A stretch of 64,000 nucleotides of DNA from Trichoplax adhaerens (lineage: Eukaryota > Animalia > Placozoa): contig NW_002060945.1 of the NCBI RefSeq assembly GCF_000150275.1, forward strand, positions 4,761,397 through 4,825,396. Reading direction: 5' to 3'. The position numbers and the translations under genes were made by a program. This document shows, one piece after another, positions 26,963-41,300 of the stretch. Position 1 is the first letter of the stretch; every line of letters begins with the position of its first letter. The notes beneath the pieces were generated by a model. That model had not been told where the DNA came from, searched no databases, and worked only from the letters and a program-made list of their open reading frames with translations.

Positions 26963-28434
26963 ATGGTTTCGTTTTTTTGGTGTACAGTTATCGCATTGAT
27001 AATATTTTGGTTTTATGTCAAATTTATTGTGCCATTACGATATTTTAAACGTCTGGGTATACCTGGGCCATCTCCTATCCCAATCATTGGCACTTTAGCA
27101 GCTGATACCAAAGATGGAAAAGGCAATCATGAAGTGCAGCAGATTCACTTGGAGAAGTATGGCAGAGTTTATGGATTTTTCGTTGGATCGATGCCAGCTT
27201 ACGTTGTAGGTGATTTAGATATTATTAAGAATATACTGATTAAAGAGTTTCCTGCATTCTCCAATCGTGCTATGTTCTTTAAAACTCCTGGGTTAGAGAA
27301 AAGTCTTGCTAATTTACGTGATACTGATTGGAAACGCATTAGAACTGTATTGAATCCTACATATACAACGTCCAAAATGAAACAGATGTTTCCTTTAGTA
27401 AATGATTCCGTCGATACTTTCATAAGAAAAATGGAAAGGGTAGCTGATAAGAATCAATCAATCGATGTATCGGATTGGTTGAAACAACTTAGCTTAGAAA
27501 TTATAACTGCTAGTGCTTTTGGTGCAAAGTGTAACGTTCAAAATGGTGGACATGATCGTTTAATAAATAGTGCAACGGCAATTTTCAAAATGAATCCTAC
27601 TGTCATCGCGTTGTCATTCATGATGCCTAGATTAGCTCCATTATTTGCTGCTTTCGATAAATCATTTATGAATGGTGTCAAGTACATTGATAAAGCGGTT
27701 GCTAGTATTATCAAGATGCGACGTCAGGAAGGTGCTACCGGAGCAAATTATAAAGATCTATTGCAGCTGATGATAGATGCTAGCGCTGCTGCTGAAAGTA
27801 ACAAGAGCCTGACAGATAACGAAATTATTGCCCAATCGAGTACAATCATGCTGGCTGGTTACGAAACTACAAGTAGCTGTGCTACTTTTACGGCTTATTT
27901 GTTAGCTAACAATAGCGAGGTTCAAGATAAATTAATTCACGAGATAGCAAAAGTTTGTGGTAAGCAAGAAGTTACGTATGACATGCTCGGCCAAATGACC
28001 TATTTAAATAAGGTTATTCATGAATCGCTACGTATGTATCCTCCCGGTTACATACTGTTACGCGAAGCAACAACTACTTTTCAGTGTAATGGCTACACTT
28101 TTCCTAAGGGCATTCCCATATTCATTCCTGCTTATGCTCTTCATCATGATAATGATATCTGGCCAGAGCCGTATCGGTTTAATCCAGAAAGGTTTAACAA
28201 AGACCTCGTTGAAGCTCGTCATCCTTGTGCATACATGCCTTTCGGTTTAGGCCCACGCAATTGTATTGGTATGCGTTTTGCAATGCTACAAGTTAAGCTA
28301 TTATTGATCAAAATTTACGCCGTTTTAAATTTGCAACATGTACAGAGACAGAAATCCCAATTCAAGTTACAGCAGCAACCACGCTAGCACCCAAGAATTC
28401 TGTTTATCTTCGAGTTATGTCTCATACCTCTTAA
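26963..28434 (+). CDS. Cytochrome P450, CYP3-clan-like, intronless; apparent 1-nt frameshift at ~28314-28316
   Basis: ATG 26963, N-terminal TM anchor, PGPSPIP hinge, WKRIR (C-helix), AGYETT (I-helix), ESLR (ExxR), FNPERF and PFGLGPRNCIG (heme Cys). Adding one T gives a typical tail, KILRRFKFATCTETEIPIQVTAATTLAPKNSVYLRV, ending at TAA 28432-28434. As written, the ORF stops at 28387. Confidence 0.9.
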
Positions 28435-30146
28435 TGACTACTTCATCAATCAATCGTTCAATATTTTACGTCATAGTGTTTTAAATTCACACAGAGTTTA
28501 GATAGATTCACTTACAAATTCCATTGATCCAAATTATTTAGACAGTAAAATATGCATATACTCGTACTATAAAGTTTTACATGGCTACTTTTCATATATC
28601 CTGAATTAATCACTTTTTTGTCGTGATAGAATTACTGCAGTGTTATATTCTGTTTCGCTAGTCTTATTAAATATAGCTGGAAGCACCTTTTCAATATTAG
28701 CTTTGTAAAATATTAATTGATTTGATGTATCAATAAGTACTATATAGGATGAAATATGGCTCTAAGTTTCATCTCTAAAGCCTGGAATCAAATACTTAAT
28801 GTTATAGGGATTGAAGTCGACACTTGAACGTTTACTATAGCTATAGTATACGAGCGATTCTCTTCAATGATACAGTTTTGTTCTGTTAAAATGATGTCGT
28901 AACAAATAATGTTGTGCAATAGTGAATTTGAGATTCCTTCAAATTGGATTCAATTATAACAGAAATTTACGTTTTTCTCACATACAATATATTTAAACGT
29001 TGCACCATAGCATTCATGTATTACTAATCTTTATATGTTATACGTAAGAAGTAAACTAGTAAAAATCTTTAATTGACACTATGCTACTCAAGAGGCTTTA
29101 TCACATATCCTAGTTATGCGTATATATTTAAATTTTAGTAGACAGCTTAAAAATACCTTACTACTAGAGTAAAGTCGGATGTTTATAATGACTTTGCAAT
29201 AATTTTTGCGTATTTGAAAATATTCGAAACGAGTACGATGGTGTTTATATTTGTAACAGCTTTTATACAAATTAACACATTTTTTTATCCACTGTATTAC
29301 TGACGGTAAATATATTTTATGCATTTAAAGATAGGATTATATGTCTACCTTTTATCTTTACAATATACTATCAATAACTCGTTACAAATTCATCGAATTA
29401 TGTTCACTGATTAACAGTACATACGAGCGTACAGTACAGTAATAAGGTTCGTGTTATATCAGCTTGCATACCATTTTAATGGAACACTGTAAGTCTCTTT
29501 GTCCATTTATTCTCTTATTCTGTCCATATGCACGATGTTAAATCATGAACAAATAAAAGACTATACTTGTGAGTTTAAGAAGATATCATGAGCAATAACG
29601 TTTAGTAAACTATGACGGACTAGTATTGCAGAGCCATTTATTAAATGTCTAATATTTCAGCTAGTAAGAGTCTAAGAGATTACTATCATAACAATACAGG
29701 AGGCTATTATATTTCTCATCGTTACAGATCTTGCGGTTGAGTAATCGGAAAGATAACAAAAAATTAAGGCGAATTTTTTGATTCCAAGTCTAACAATTGT
29801 AGATAAATGCAATGTTATTATGCTTGCTTCTTATCACGATGGTGTAATATTTACCGGCCGAGACTACAATAAGGTATCTATCAGTTTTTCATGAAACAAT
29901 ATAAATCTAACGTGACCAGCACTTTCAAGTATTATAGGGTAAATATGGTAAATGAAGATACAAAAATAGAAGTAGTTCCGTGATCTCAGATACGCTTACA
30001 TTGTAGATTTCAATAAGAGAGCTAGTATGTTACATGCAATATCAGGGTCTTAAAAATCTCTGGCGATACGTAACACTGGGTAATTTCACTATTTAGGCAA
30101 TCATCGTAATATCAATTTCTAAGGCTGCCAAGAGGAAACTAATAAG

Positions 30147-33100
30147 TTATTTCGTGATTTTTTTAGTATTTTTTTTAAAAACGTGATTGAAAGCCCATTC
30201 AATTGCCCAGATGGACAAAGGCCTCATATATCCGGTACAGCGGTAACGATTTATTTTATAGTACGCTTCTGGTGTTTGAAATCCAAGGCCCATTACATTA
30301 AATGTGGTATCGTACATCCCTTCAGCGACTTTGAAACCTTCCTTAATCATTCCCTGCGTATATAAAGAGTAAATGTATGCATGTCTTTGATTAATTTCAT
30401 ACATCATATGGTACTATTACGATAATATCACGGGTTTCTAGTTAAGATAGCTACCTGTTGAATAAGATTTGCAGCTAACGCATAAGTAACTCCTGTCCAA
30501 ACTTCTTCGGATTGCACACTTGAGGTATCGATCTATGAGAATGTTACAGTTATTAATGCGCTTATGAAAAGGATTTATGAAAGACTTTAAAGACGGTACG
30601 TTATTTGCTAATACTTGCATCGCAATATCACTTATTAATGACGTGAAGTCGCAATTTTATTTAATACAGTAGCTGATTGGTAACATTTTCTGAATAGCTC
30701 CAATTTATGATAAAAAGCAGTGTATTTACTAGGCGTAAGCAGTTAGTAAAAATTATAATTAATTTTAATTATTAATAGTTACTTCGCCGTTAGGTTTCAT
30801 GCCATTAACGGCTCCCCAAGTTCCATTCATGAACTTCATAACGTTATAGTCGAAAACCTTTCGTAGAGCTTTATCAACTTGACTTTTTGGAAAGATCTAG
30901 TTAAAAAAATTTTGATCATGTGGTGTATGATCGTTATAGTAGAGAATTTTATATACCAGCCGCAATATGATATAAGCTATTGGTGTATTCAATAACTATC
31001 TTGTGAGTTATTTCAGTTAATTATTCATTAAGAACTTACATCATCTTCATTATTGTTAACTAAACCGCAAGCTTGAAGATACCAATGTCCGCACATTTGA
31101 TCAGCCATAATGCTATCAGAGTGATTACCTTTACTACTATCGTAAAGGTAGTAGTCCCCTTTACGTTTAAGGAATATTAGAAAAATATATTTAATGTATA
31201 ATCTCAGCAATGCAAGTTTTAGTTGCAGCCAAGCATACAATTGTATTTAATAAATTCAAAACAGCAGATTACAATTTTTTACCGTTCCATAACTTCTGTT
31301 GAAAGGAATCGCGACCACGGAGTAAAATTTTAGAATATTTGGCTTTATCTTCTTTACAACCAATCAAGTCAGCTATTTTATACATGATATATAAAGCAGC
31401 CAGAAAGATCCCTCCGCAATACGCGCTAGTGACAAAATAAGCATTCTTTAAGACTAAATTTTTATATTTTTTATACAATAAATATTTATGCGTCGTATAC
31501 GAGTACGTATTTTAATTATAATGTTAACAGCTATTAAATATGGGAACTAACCTAGCACCATACATTCGCCATACATCGTATGTTTGGTCTGCACCATTAT
31601 TGTCGATGATACCATCGCCATCTGTATCTTGAGATATTGCGGTTTCCATTACGTGCTATATAGTAAGGGTAAAGTGGTATGAACATATTGGTTATTGAAT
31701 GGTACAGTTTAAATGATCAATCTGAAACTACCTTTGCACATGGCCACATGTCTTTAAGGAATTCTAAATTTCCAGTAGCACAGTAATCTCTATAAATCTA
31801 ATCGGTATCAAATAGACAAATAAATCATACGTTAACTATTTTTGAAGAGTGCTATTCCAAAGTATTCCAAAGTACTGCAATGAGCTGATAAAATACTTAA
31901 TATCTATCGACCTGAAGCACAAATTTGGTATTTAAATCAGTCCAATCTTGCACATCAGATATACAATAAGCGTTAATTCGTTTCCAAGGTTCATCGCCTA
32001 GTAGATATTGGAATAAAAATGGAAAAATGCAAGTCAAGTGAAACCACTATCAAGTTTAGGAGGTATGTAGATTTTTTACATGGCTCGCCAATGTCATGAG
32101 GAACAAATCCGTATGATTTTCGCGGCTTTCTTAGTCCAGTCCACATAATTAATCTTAATTCGGGGTCTTCATGCATTATTGAGGCAGCTGGTAAGGTGAT
32201 AAGTTTTATAATTAAAAATAAAAATATTCTAGCGTATATTGCGACAATTAGGTAATTTACTTCGCTAGCCGTTTGATTATATATGTATAATTATTAAAGC
32301 ACTAACCGAAATCGTACTGTATGCTTAGCTCTATCATAGGCCACAATTGAGCCAGTGCAAATGATGCATAGAAATGTACATCGTAGGTATTATACATAAG
32401 ATATTCATGTCCTGTAAAAGTGAGGGTTTCTAGAATTACTAAGTAAAGTGTATAGCTCAAATTCACAGATATAATCACATTGCGTAAGTAGTAATTCTCA
32501 GTATCATACTTTAGTTATATTCTACCTTCTAGGTAAGCAAAGCGTCCATATTCTTTATGTATTTGCTTCCCTTTGCCTGGTACTTCCTTCAAGCAACTTG
32601 CTAAATTGGTTTCATCATCTTCATCTCCGTCCGTTTCTGCCCAAATTGATCCACTGTCACTCATATAATATAATTCATTGAAAATAGCGGATTTATACCA
32701 ATCTGGATAGGATCTATAGAAATAGAAGAAAGAGTCTTAAGGTATTTTCTAACATATTGCAACACCTTTAGTCTTATGATTAGTGTTATGATTCAATAAA
32801 GTGTTAGTGCTAAGATTATAGCTAACTCATTCTCCAGTATAGGAGACTGCCACTGATCGATTTTTTCTTCCCAACTTTTAACGTTTTGTAGAGCGTAAAC
32901 CGCTAGATCGGCAGCTCTATGGCTGCCATTTGGATTAAAGAAGCGAGTATACCTTCTAGAAGAAGACATTAGCATAACACGGTGATAAGGCTATAAGACA
33001 AACACAATCTACAAATATAGCGTAATCTCTGTACCTCCGATACTTGATTTCTTTCGCATCGAAATAAACCTCTGGTTGATCCCATGTTAAAGCAAATTCC

Positions 33101-36100
33101 ATTTTCGCTTTACCTTGCGGTTTAACAATAGCAGTTGTAGCTACAGCAGCTCCAATAATTTCACCCTTTTTTGATACTGGCGATTGCGTTGCTAATTGTA
33201 GTAAAACGGTCATAGAAAGTAGAATATTTATAATCTAATTTGCCACAGAGTAAATAGTTACCTTACAATCTTTACATAACAGAAGTTATTTACCTTTCGT
33301 ATTGGAAGAGTTCTCCAATTTACCATGAGATAATAACTGTCTAGAGATTTCCCTTCCAGATCCTTTCGGATCGAAAGATACCGAATTTGATACAGATACT
33401 GCGGGGTAGTCTCCAGTCTACCATCAGATCTTAAATTAATTTACAAAATTTATTTATCCGATAATCTTTATTCGTTTACCTCAGGGCATTCTTTAGCGCA
33501 TATTGTAAAAGTGCATGGTTGGAGAGAGGCACGATGATGTAAAAGCACTCCAGATATCTTTGAATTATTCATATTTTCATTGCTAGATCTTGTGAATGTT
33601 TCATTCTGATGTCCTCCAGCGCTATCGTGTTCGCTTCCATCTCCATTTTGAAAAGTGAACATGATGGATACTTCAATCTCGTCATCACTTTGATTGTCAA
33701 TTTCCCAAATAAAGCAACCAACTGGTAAGCAACTATCCTATAAAACGTATTGTAATATAATTTGCATAATAAAATAGATTAATAGAATGTGAAAATTGTT
33801 AAATTTTATTGAAGGTCCTCGAGTAACGTACTTTATAATTGTGTGGTATGATAGGAGATATTTGACGACAAGTTAAAGTCACATTCTGGCCCGGTAAATT
33901 GTATGTTGTCCAAGCTCGTGGATACAAGGCACGATAAGTAGCTTGAGATCCATGGTATCCCCAAAACCAGTCACCCAGTTGAGCTGACGACGGACGGCAT
34001 GGTGATAAGACTTGCTGTATATAAATATGCATATGTACACATAGCATGAATTGACTGGTAACGAGATGCACACTGTAGCTTTCACAAACAAGTCTACAAA
34101 GGTATAGCGTTTGTACATCAAATATTGCATTATAACCTGATAGGAAGGTTCGCCATTTTTACGAATAGATACTGTGAACTGAAATACAAGAGATTATTTT
34201 AAGTAGTGCTCCTTAGATGGTCATAACGAATCTACTATACCTAAGCATTATATTATTATACGAAATATTGCAAATTAATATTACTAATATCTGGTAAAAT
34301 GTTTATAGAATAGAACTTTTATCAGTAAGATAAAAATCGTAGCAGTTACATCAAACTAGTCATGTGATAATTTTTATAGCTGCTATTATGTTTACAAATC
34401 TATAGAACGACCAGAAATATCCTTTGGTAATGAAACATCATTGAAGCAACAAATCGTTTATACATGCACTACAATCCATAAACCTAACAACGATAATTAT
34501 AAATTTGCATTGCATAAAATTATCACTATTAATGTACAGTATAAGAATTTCTTCTTGAAATTTACTGCTTACTTGATCAGCATGTACAATATCATAAGTA
34601 TACCACCCCGGTCTTAGCTGCCATCTGCAAAATTGCCCATTCCAACCTCGCATGATAGTTCCACATCCAAGGCCGCCAATTGGCACTCCTTAAAGGTTAT
34701 TAGAAATAATAAGCAAGATCATCTACGAGTAATTAATAAATTACACAGCACACTAGGAACGGCTAAATAAGTACTAGTGCAGAGTAAAATGCAATACTTC
34801 AGTTGTTTTAAATACCTACTCATCAATAGCATGCAATTCTATGGAGATATTACTCCGGTATAACTTTACCAGTATACGATATCGGTTTAATATAAAAAGC
34901 TCTATCTAGCTAGCCAGTATTGCTTAATTGGTTTAATGATTTTGTCTCAAACAGTTGATCCATTCTTTCACATGATGCATTTACAAGATAGTTGTAGAAA
35001 TGCATAATTGAATTTAAGATGTAAACGATGTTCTGCACAGCAATGATAAGATTGTATCCTCATACTGTACAGTAGTTTTAGTTTGGTTTCTGTCAGTAAG
35101 TGATATCCATACCATACTGTTTACACTCTAATCTAGACTAATAGTGAAACTCTACAGCAGCAGGTGTAAACATATCTTAAGGTATGATTGTACATATATA
35201 CAAAACTAGTTGTTTAAGTTACCAAGTTTATATCAAGATAATCTAGCTGTGAACTTTCTTTTAATTTATTGCTTTGTGATGAATTGCTAATTGGTGTCAG
35301 CCTTTAAGGATTTTATGATTGCATCTCATGTACATACGTACCGTATAAACGATCGACTTGGCGTTTCCCAAATAAGTCGATGAAGGGCTCACGAGAGTGA
35401 AATCGGTTATGTAAAATGTACATACCATACCTTTTTCCGAGTAAAGAAAATTAGCAGACAGCTTAGATTTTAGTTTAGACCGAATTATGGTACTCTACGC
35501 AATAAGATTGGGGTTCATTCTAATGCAATTGATTGCGAGACAAGCTTTTCTTATTTAGTCGATAATTATAAATAATATGCTATCGAATAGAGAAACTGCA
35601 GATAGAAACTAGCTGTTTGGGTCAGAAATATTTATATGGTAATGGCTAGCTCTAATAATTATAATAGCTTATTTTCGATACGCTGTTGAATAATATTATG
35701 AATCAGGGTTTAGCGTCTAACTATACAAAAGTTTTGTTTTATTTTCAAGTAATTAGTATGATCCGATATGCTAACTTAATGCGCGCGCACATTAAAATAT
35801 TCTTCTTTCTAGGATGTCTACTTGTCTCAAGTTAAATCGATATTTGTAACGCAAAAATGATAATGTATTTAAATTACACGCGCTAGGCCGAAGTACAGTA
35901 CTGCCATTTAGAGCAACAATGTAGATAGATAATTTTATTATTTATTCTTATCTATTATTAATACTGTAAAGACAACGCTCTCGGTAATATTCGCTAATAC
36001 GTACAATACATGGCATATTTACTCGTATATGTAAGTTCGATCAGAATTTAACGAATAATTCGTAGCACAGTCATAATCAATTAATTAATATTATAAAGAA

Positions 36101-36330
36101 ATACATGGGGTATATCAATCGATGCTGGCTAAGCAAATAATTGTAATTAATTTTACATTCGAACGGTATGGTTATTGATTTTACTATCGCTACCTGAGAC
36201 CCATTTTGAGGCTTACTAATACTTGTTTCGGTCGGACATCACCGAACCGGAAAGCGTCTTGCTTAAATTTATGATCTAAGTTGACTTTCCAGCCATAATG
36301 GCCAGCCATTGTCCTCGGTCTTTTCGTCAT
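30147..36330 (-). CDS. GBA2: Non-lysosomal glucosylceramidase (glycoside hydrolase family 116), multi-exon
   Basis: Starts [16 protein letters not shown] (ATG 36330). Motifs [99 protein letters not shown] and [16 protein letters not shown]. Introns checked by eye were GT-AG. Confidence 0.93.
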
Positions 36331-37382
36331 TTTTCTGCATTAACTAATCTGCGTATAAACATAGGAATAATATTGTTATCATTTTATCGGTATACAGTAC
36401 CTTAAGTCAGTATACAATTAATTCATTATAATAATTGCATTAACGATAGGCATGTAATAATTTAATTAGGACTTTATTATGATTCCTTTTCAGATATAGG
36501 ATTCAAATCTCTTTCGGATAAGTATAGTATTTATGCAGTGATGGATAAGGATACAGCACTGTTTACAAATTGGTAAAAGTATATCTTTTATGAAGATACT
36601 GGATGAGAATTTCAAGGTAGCATTACAGTGCTACATAGCCCATTCTATTTCGTCCAAGACCTGTTGTACGGGTGTATGAGCTCGTAGTTTCATACTCGTG
36701 CAGCAATGTGATTTACGAGTATATAGTACAGTCAGTATACCATTACTTTTAAGCACAAAGTACCTTTTGCAAAGTATGCATGTAGCTTCTATGCCATACT
36801 ACTGTGTACAGACAGTTTACAGCTTTTCTATAATTAATTACAATTAATAACATTCATGCAGGATTTTAAAGAGTGGCGGAAGCTATACGCGTCGACAGAC
36901 TGATTTGTAAATTCGGTCGCAGAATAATTTCGTATATTACTGTACGATTGAAATATTAGCTGTTTCTAAGCTATTTTATTACATTCATACGTAATAAGAA
37001 TGCTGTATCTTTATTATTAACAGTAAATTGAATCAAGATAGTAGAAATAAGGACTCATTCGACAATACCATGCAGTCTATAGGACAGTAGAACAGGTTCA
37101 TCTATAGCTTTGTATCTTTTGTATCAATTACAACTACAACAATGCAAATGGGATACGGTTCTAGCTGTTAGTCTGTTACGACATTAGTAGATCATGAACA
37201 GTACTGCATAGACAGCATAGGGTACGGTATTCTATTGGTGCATTTTATAATTTAGTTATCAAATAGCATAAATATGTACTAGTCATCCTTAAATATACGA
37301 ACATAATTTTCAGCAACCAGCCCAAAGATGGTCCTAGTTTCTGATTTCCGATGGATCGAATAATGCAAGTCCTATGGGGCGG

Positions 37383-37555
37383 AGTACAGTAGTATTATAC
37401 TGTACTGTACTGTACAGTACAGTACACTGATCAAGGCTACTTTCGACAGATTGTCTTCTACTGACCATGGCAGTACTGTATGAGGGAAATAGCGGGCCTA
37501 CAGTGCATAGTACTGTACAGTTAGTCGGTCTATTGGGCAAACCTACAGTACTTAC
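37383..37555. promoter_or_regulatory. TACTG/CAGTA pentamer island in the GBA2-RGP1 divergent intergenic region (putative bidirectional promoter)
   Basis: Contains a 26-bp perfect palindrome tgtactgtactgtacagtacagtaca (37401-37426) and lies roughly midway between the two divergent ATGs. Confidence 0.6.
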
Positions 37556-38371
37556 ACAGACTAGACTCAGGGTCTCTTACACAGTGACAGTGCTTTCCTA
37601 GTCAAAGTCTTTGAAAGACTGCATTTCTAAAACTAAAAGTTGGTCAATCACTACGGTATAAATCAGACATTGAGAAGGTTTTGCTGCGCGGATCCGTGGA
37701 TTTTTGCTCGTTGTCAAGGTTAAAGAATTCCATTTTATTTGGGATTTTGCTTACTAGTAAAGAAGACAAAAACTCTGGGTCCAGTGATCGTCTAGCTATT
37801 TTTCCATTCTCATTAGACTTTTACTGTACTGTATACAGTATTATTAATGAAGGTTTCCAGACGTATTTCTGATACTATTTTACCATTACTGACTCGTTCT
37901 ACTAGTGTAGTAGCCAAATACTGAAATAGTACAGCATTCGCTTGAGTGATTGATTCGTAAGGAGTGAGCAATCAGTGAACAAACACTAATTATATAGTAT
38001 ATACGTAACATATACCGTAGATATACATTATATAGTATACTGTGCTGTATACTGGTGATTATCATATTATCTGTAAAATCGCTTTAATATTACTGCCGGT
38101 GAAGTACATACAGGCTACGTTGTTGTACCTTAATGCTACAAACTGTAAACTCTTTCACTGTAGCGTGGTATAGCATCAGTTTTGAAAAAATTAATTCAAT
38201 TTAATTTACAGGGATCTTGGGATCTCTGAATTTTTTTGACTGGATTGATTCCTTTTTCTCGGTATGGAAGACTTGGTAAAGCGGTATTACAGCATACTTA
38301 AACTTGGCTTAGTTTTGCTACTGTAGAAAATGTCTCCTGTGGTTGATTTACGTCGTCTTCCCTGAAACGAG

Positions 38372-41300
38372 ATGATCGAAGTCAAAGCGTCTCTGATCGG
38401 TCGAAACGTGTATGTAGCTGGAGAGCAGTTGCATTGCATTATAACCTTGACAAATGTGGCTCAATCGGACAATGTTAAAAGTACTATCAACTTGTTCAAT
38501 AACGATAATAAGGATGATACTGGAGTTGAAAGATTAGCTTGGTCAACTGCTCAAATTCATTGTCAGTGTGTTGTTAATGAATCTCGGATTAATGTACCCC
38601 AAGAATACAAAAATACTCAGCGTAATTCAGATCAAGCAGTAGATATTGGTACTTACTTTGCACCAAACCGAGGTAAATTTTTTGATCTACTTGACTAAAA
38701 CGTACGTACGCGTATATTTGTATGTTACATTGTAGTTCAGCTTGCATTGCTTAAGTAGTTGATATTGCATTGCAAGGATCAAGGTTGCGTGTTGTACTGT
38801 GATACTCCCTTTAAAATAGTGCGTAAGTTTGGGATGAAGGGACTTTTTGTTTACGGCTTTATGCACATTTACCGTACACAGGAAATAGGATTGCCTTTTA
38901 CGTAGAAAATAGTAATTATAGCAATTGAAACGTTATTTTTAAACTACTAAGTGAGGTAATCGCCCTAATGCTCTCTATATTAATTAAAGAGCGTGAGTGT
39001 AAAATATAGTGGTATTGCACTGTACTATACTACTTACTCAAAGAAGAAGCAATAACTACACTGTGCGGTAAGCTTTATTGTGGACTAGTCTACATTTGTT
39101 AATCAAGGTGTAGCACAATATTGGATATTGGTTCTACAGTATAGACGTAAATTGTAAGACATTTACAAACGCTCTTAATGTCATTAATACTGTATGACTG
39201 AATAAGGCACGGTGACTTTACTTAACAGCTGCTGATTTATGAGGTGGTGAATTCATTATTGTACGATAACTATCTTCAAACGAATACTGTACATCTAGTT
39301 ATTTGAAGCCATACGTATACATTTTTATCAGCATACCTATGAATGCTGTATATTCTACACTGTTTCATATACACCGATTCACCGCTAATTGTTTCATTAG
39401 TACGTAAAAACGAAGCCTAAAGCCGTATTTATTAATAGATGCTGTTCCTGTTGCAGTATTTTACAATGACATTTTCAGCATGAGACCTGAATGATTGTAC
39501 AGTACAGTATGAATTACCGTATGGCATTGTTCAGGCTTTCGTCCCTCGCATTTTTTAGCAATCCCTGTTTGTCTTCATTTATACTATGCAATAATAATAA
39601 ATAAATCTTAGGTAGAGAGCACAGATTCTTATAAGATATCTTAAGACACCATACTATTACTTCAACAGCTATTTGATTCATTTAACTATGAAGCACTTGT
39701 TTAGTCTGCACTAAATGAGGACTACTTTTATTTTTACTATGCCCACCATGCATTGTACTATTTACATACTGTACATTTGAGTAGGTGTTACATCTTACTT
39801 TTGCTACTTCATACAGTACGATAACTTTGCTGTGAATTATATAATTGATCGAATCATCGATTTAACCAAATATAATTGCGTTACTTATACCGTTTCTACG
39901 AACTTTTGTAATAGTTTTTTGACAGATACGGTACAATAATAATGATGATGTTCCCCTATCTAATGCTTGATTTTATTAATTTATTAATTCCAATACCAAA
40001 GGCTCATCCATATGGAAGTTGTTATTGCCTAAAGGTATTGTTTGAACTGCAACACTATGACTAGTGCAACAGTAACATTACAATGTAGCTTGCTTTCACC
40101 GCAACAAAAGCGATGAAGAGGAACGCAGATTATGCCTGATCCATCATACATTAATTTAACTACGTAATTTTCTATCTCTGTATCGCATGCCACTTGCTAT
40201 AAGTAGTAGTATACTATAATAGTAAAGCATAATAATTTACGCTGAACACTGCAAATTCAATTTGCTCTATTCTTAGCTGTTTCATTACAGATTTTCATGC
40301 GCTATTTTCAAGTAAGTTTACTATTGGCTGACTTTCTTTATAACTATATACTATACTAATATTGTAGTGAAAACGTGATAAATCTGAAGTATGATAACAG
40401 TACGGTAGATATTACGTTTAGTAACTATAAGAAACGAGTTAGCAGATGAATATTTATTCCTGAAGTATTTCGCTTCCTTCATTCACAAGAACGCCTATAT
40501 TACAGCTCTAGCTTGGCTTCCGCTAGCTATTACTCCTTAATTAAATATAGCTTTCAGTATTCCATTCATGGAATTCTTTGGCTTACAGTAATTAAACGCT
40601 TCCAGTGGTTGTGTGCGTGTGCTGCATAAGCTGTCATATTTCGAATTTCGTTAAAGTGTAATTCGATTGTACAGTGTTATATTCATGGTGTGCATACCTA
40701 AACAGTAGCTGACTAATTTCTGTAGGTGATGCTGGCCATTCTGCTTACTTAAGTAAACCACAGGTGTTATGTTGTGACTTGATCCTGGGACCAGGTGTTT
40801 CAAAAACATGTAAGTAGCAAGTGACTATTTCATTTAACCAATAGTAATACTTGATATCACTCATGGCTATCTTGACTTTGTATGTAGTTCATTACGTAGA
40901 AACATTACCTTATAATTGTCCTCCGTCTTATCGTGGTAACAATGTTAAATACGCATACAAACTGAGCATTGGATTCCAGAAATTACATTCATCTATGAAA
41001 TTGTTGAGAATACCTATGAGAGTTATAAATATCAACGGTAAATATTATGAATACGTAAGGTAGTTGCTTACCTAGTACTGTAGTGTAATGTCATATTAAA
41101 AGGTACAAGTGGTATCATTATAGTGATAGTGATATTTTAAGTTGATCATAAGTATTCCGAAAACGTACATGAGCTAGTTAGTGTTGGCTACATTACCATA
41201 AACTTATTCTTTGGCTATCACTATCCCATAGGCGTAGATGATATGCAACAATACATGGAAACAGAACCTACGGAAATACCTACAAATCCATTTCTTAGCC

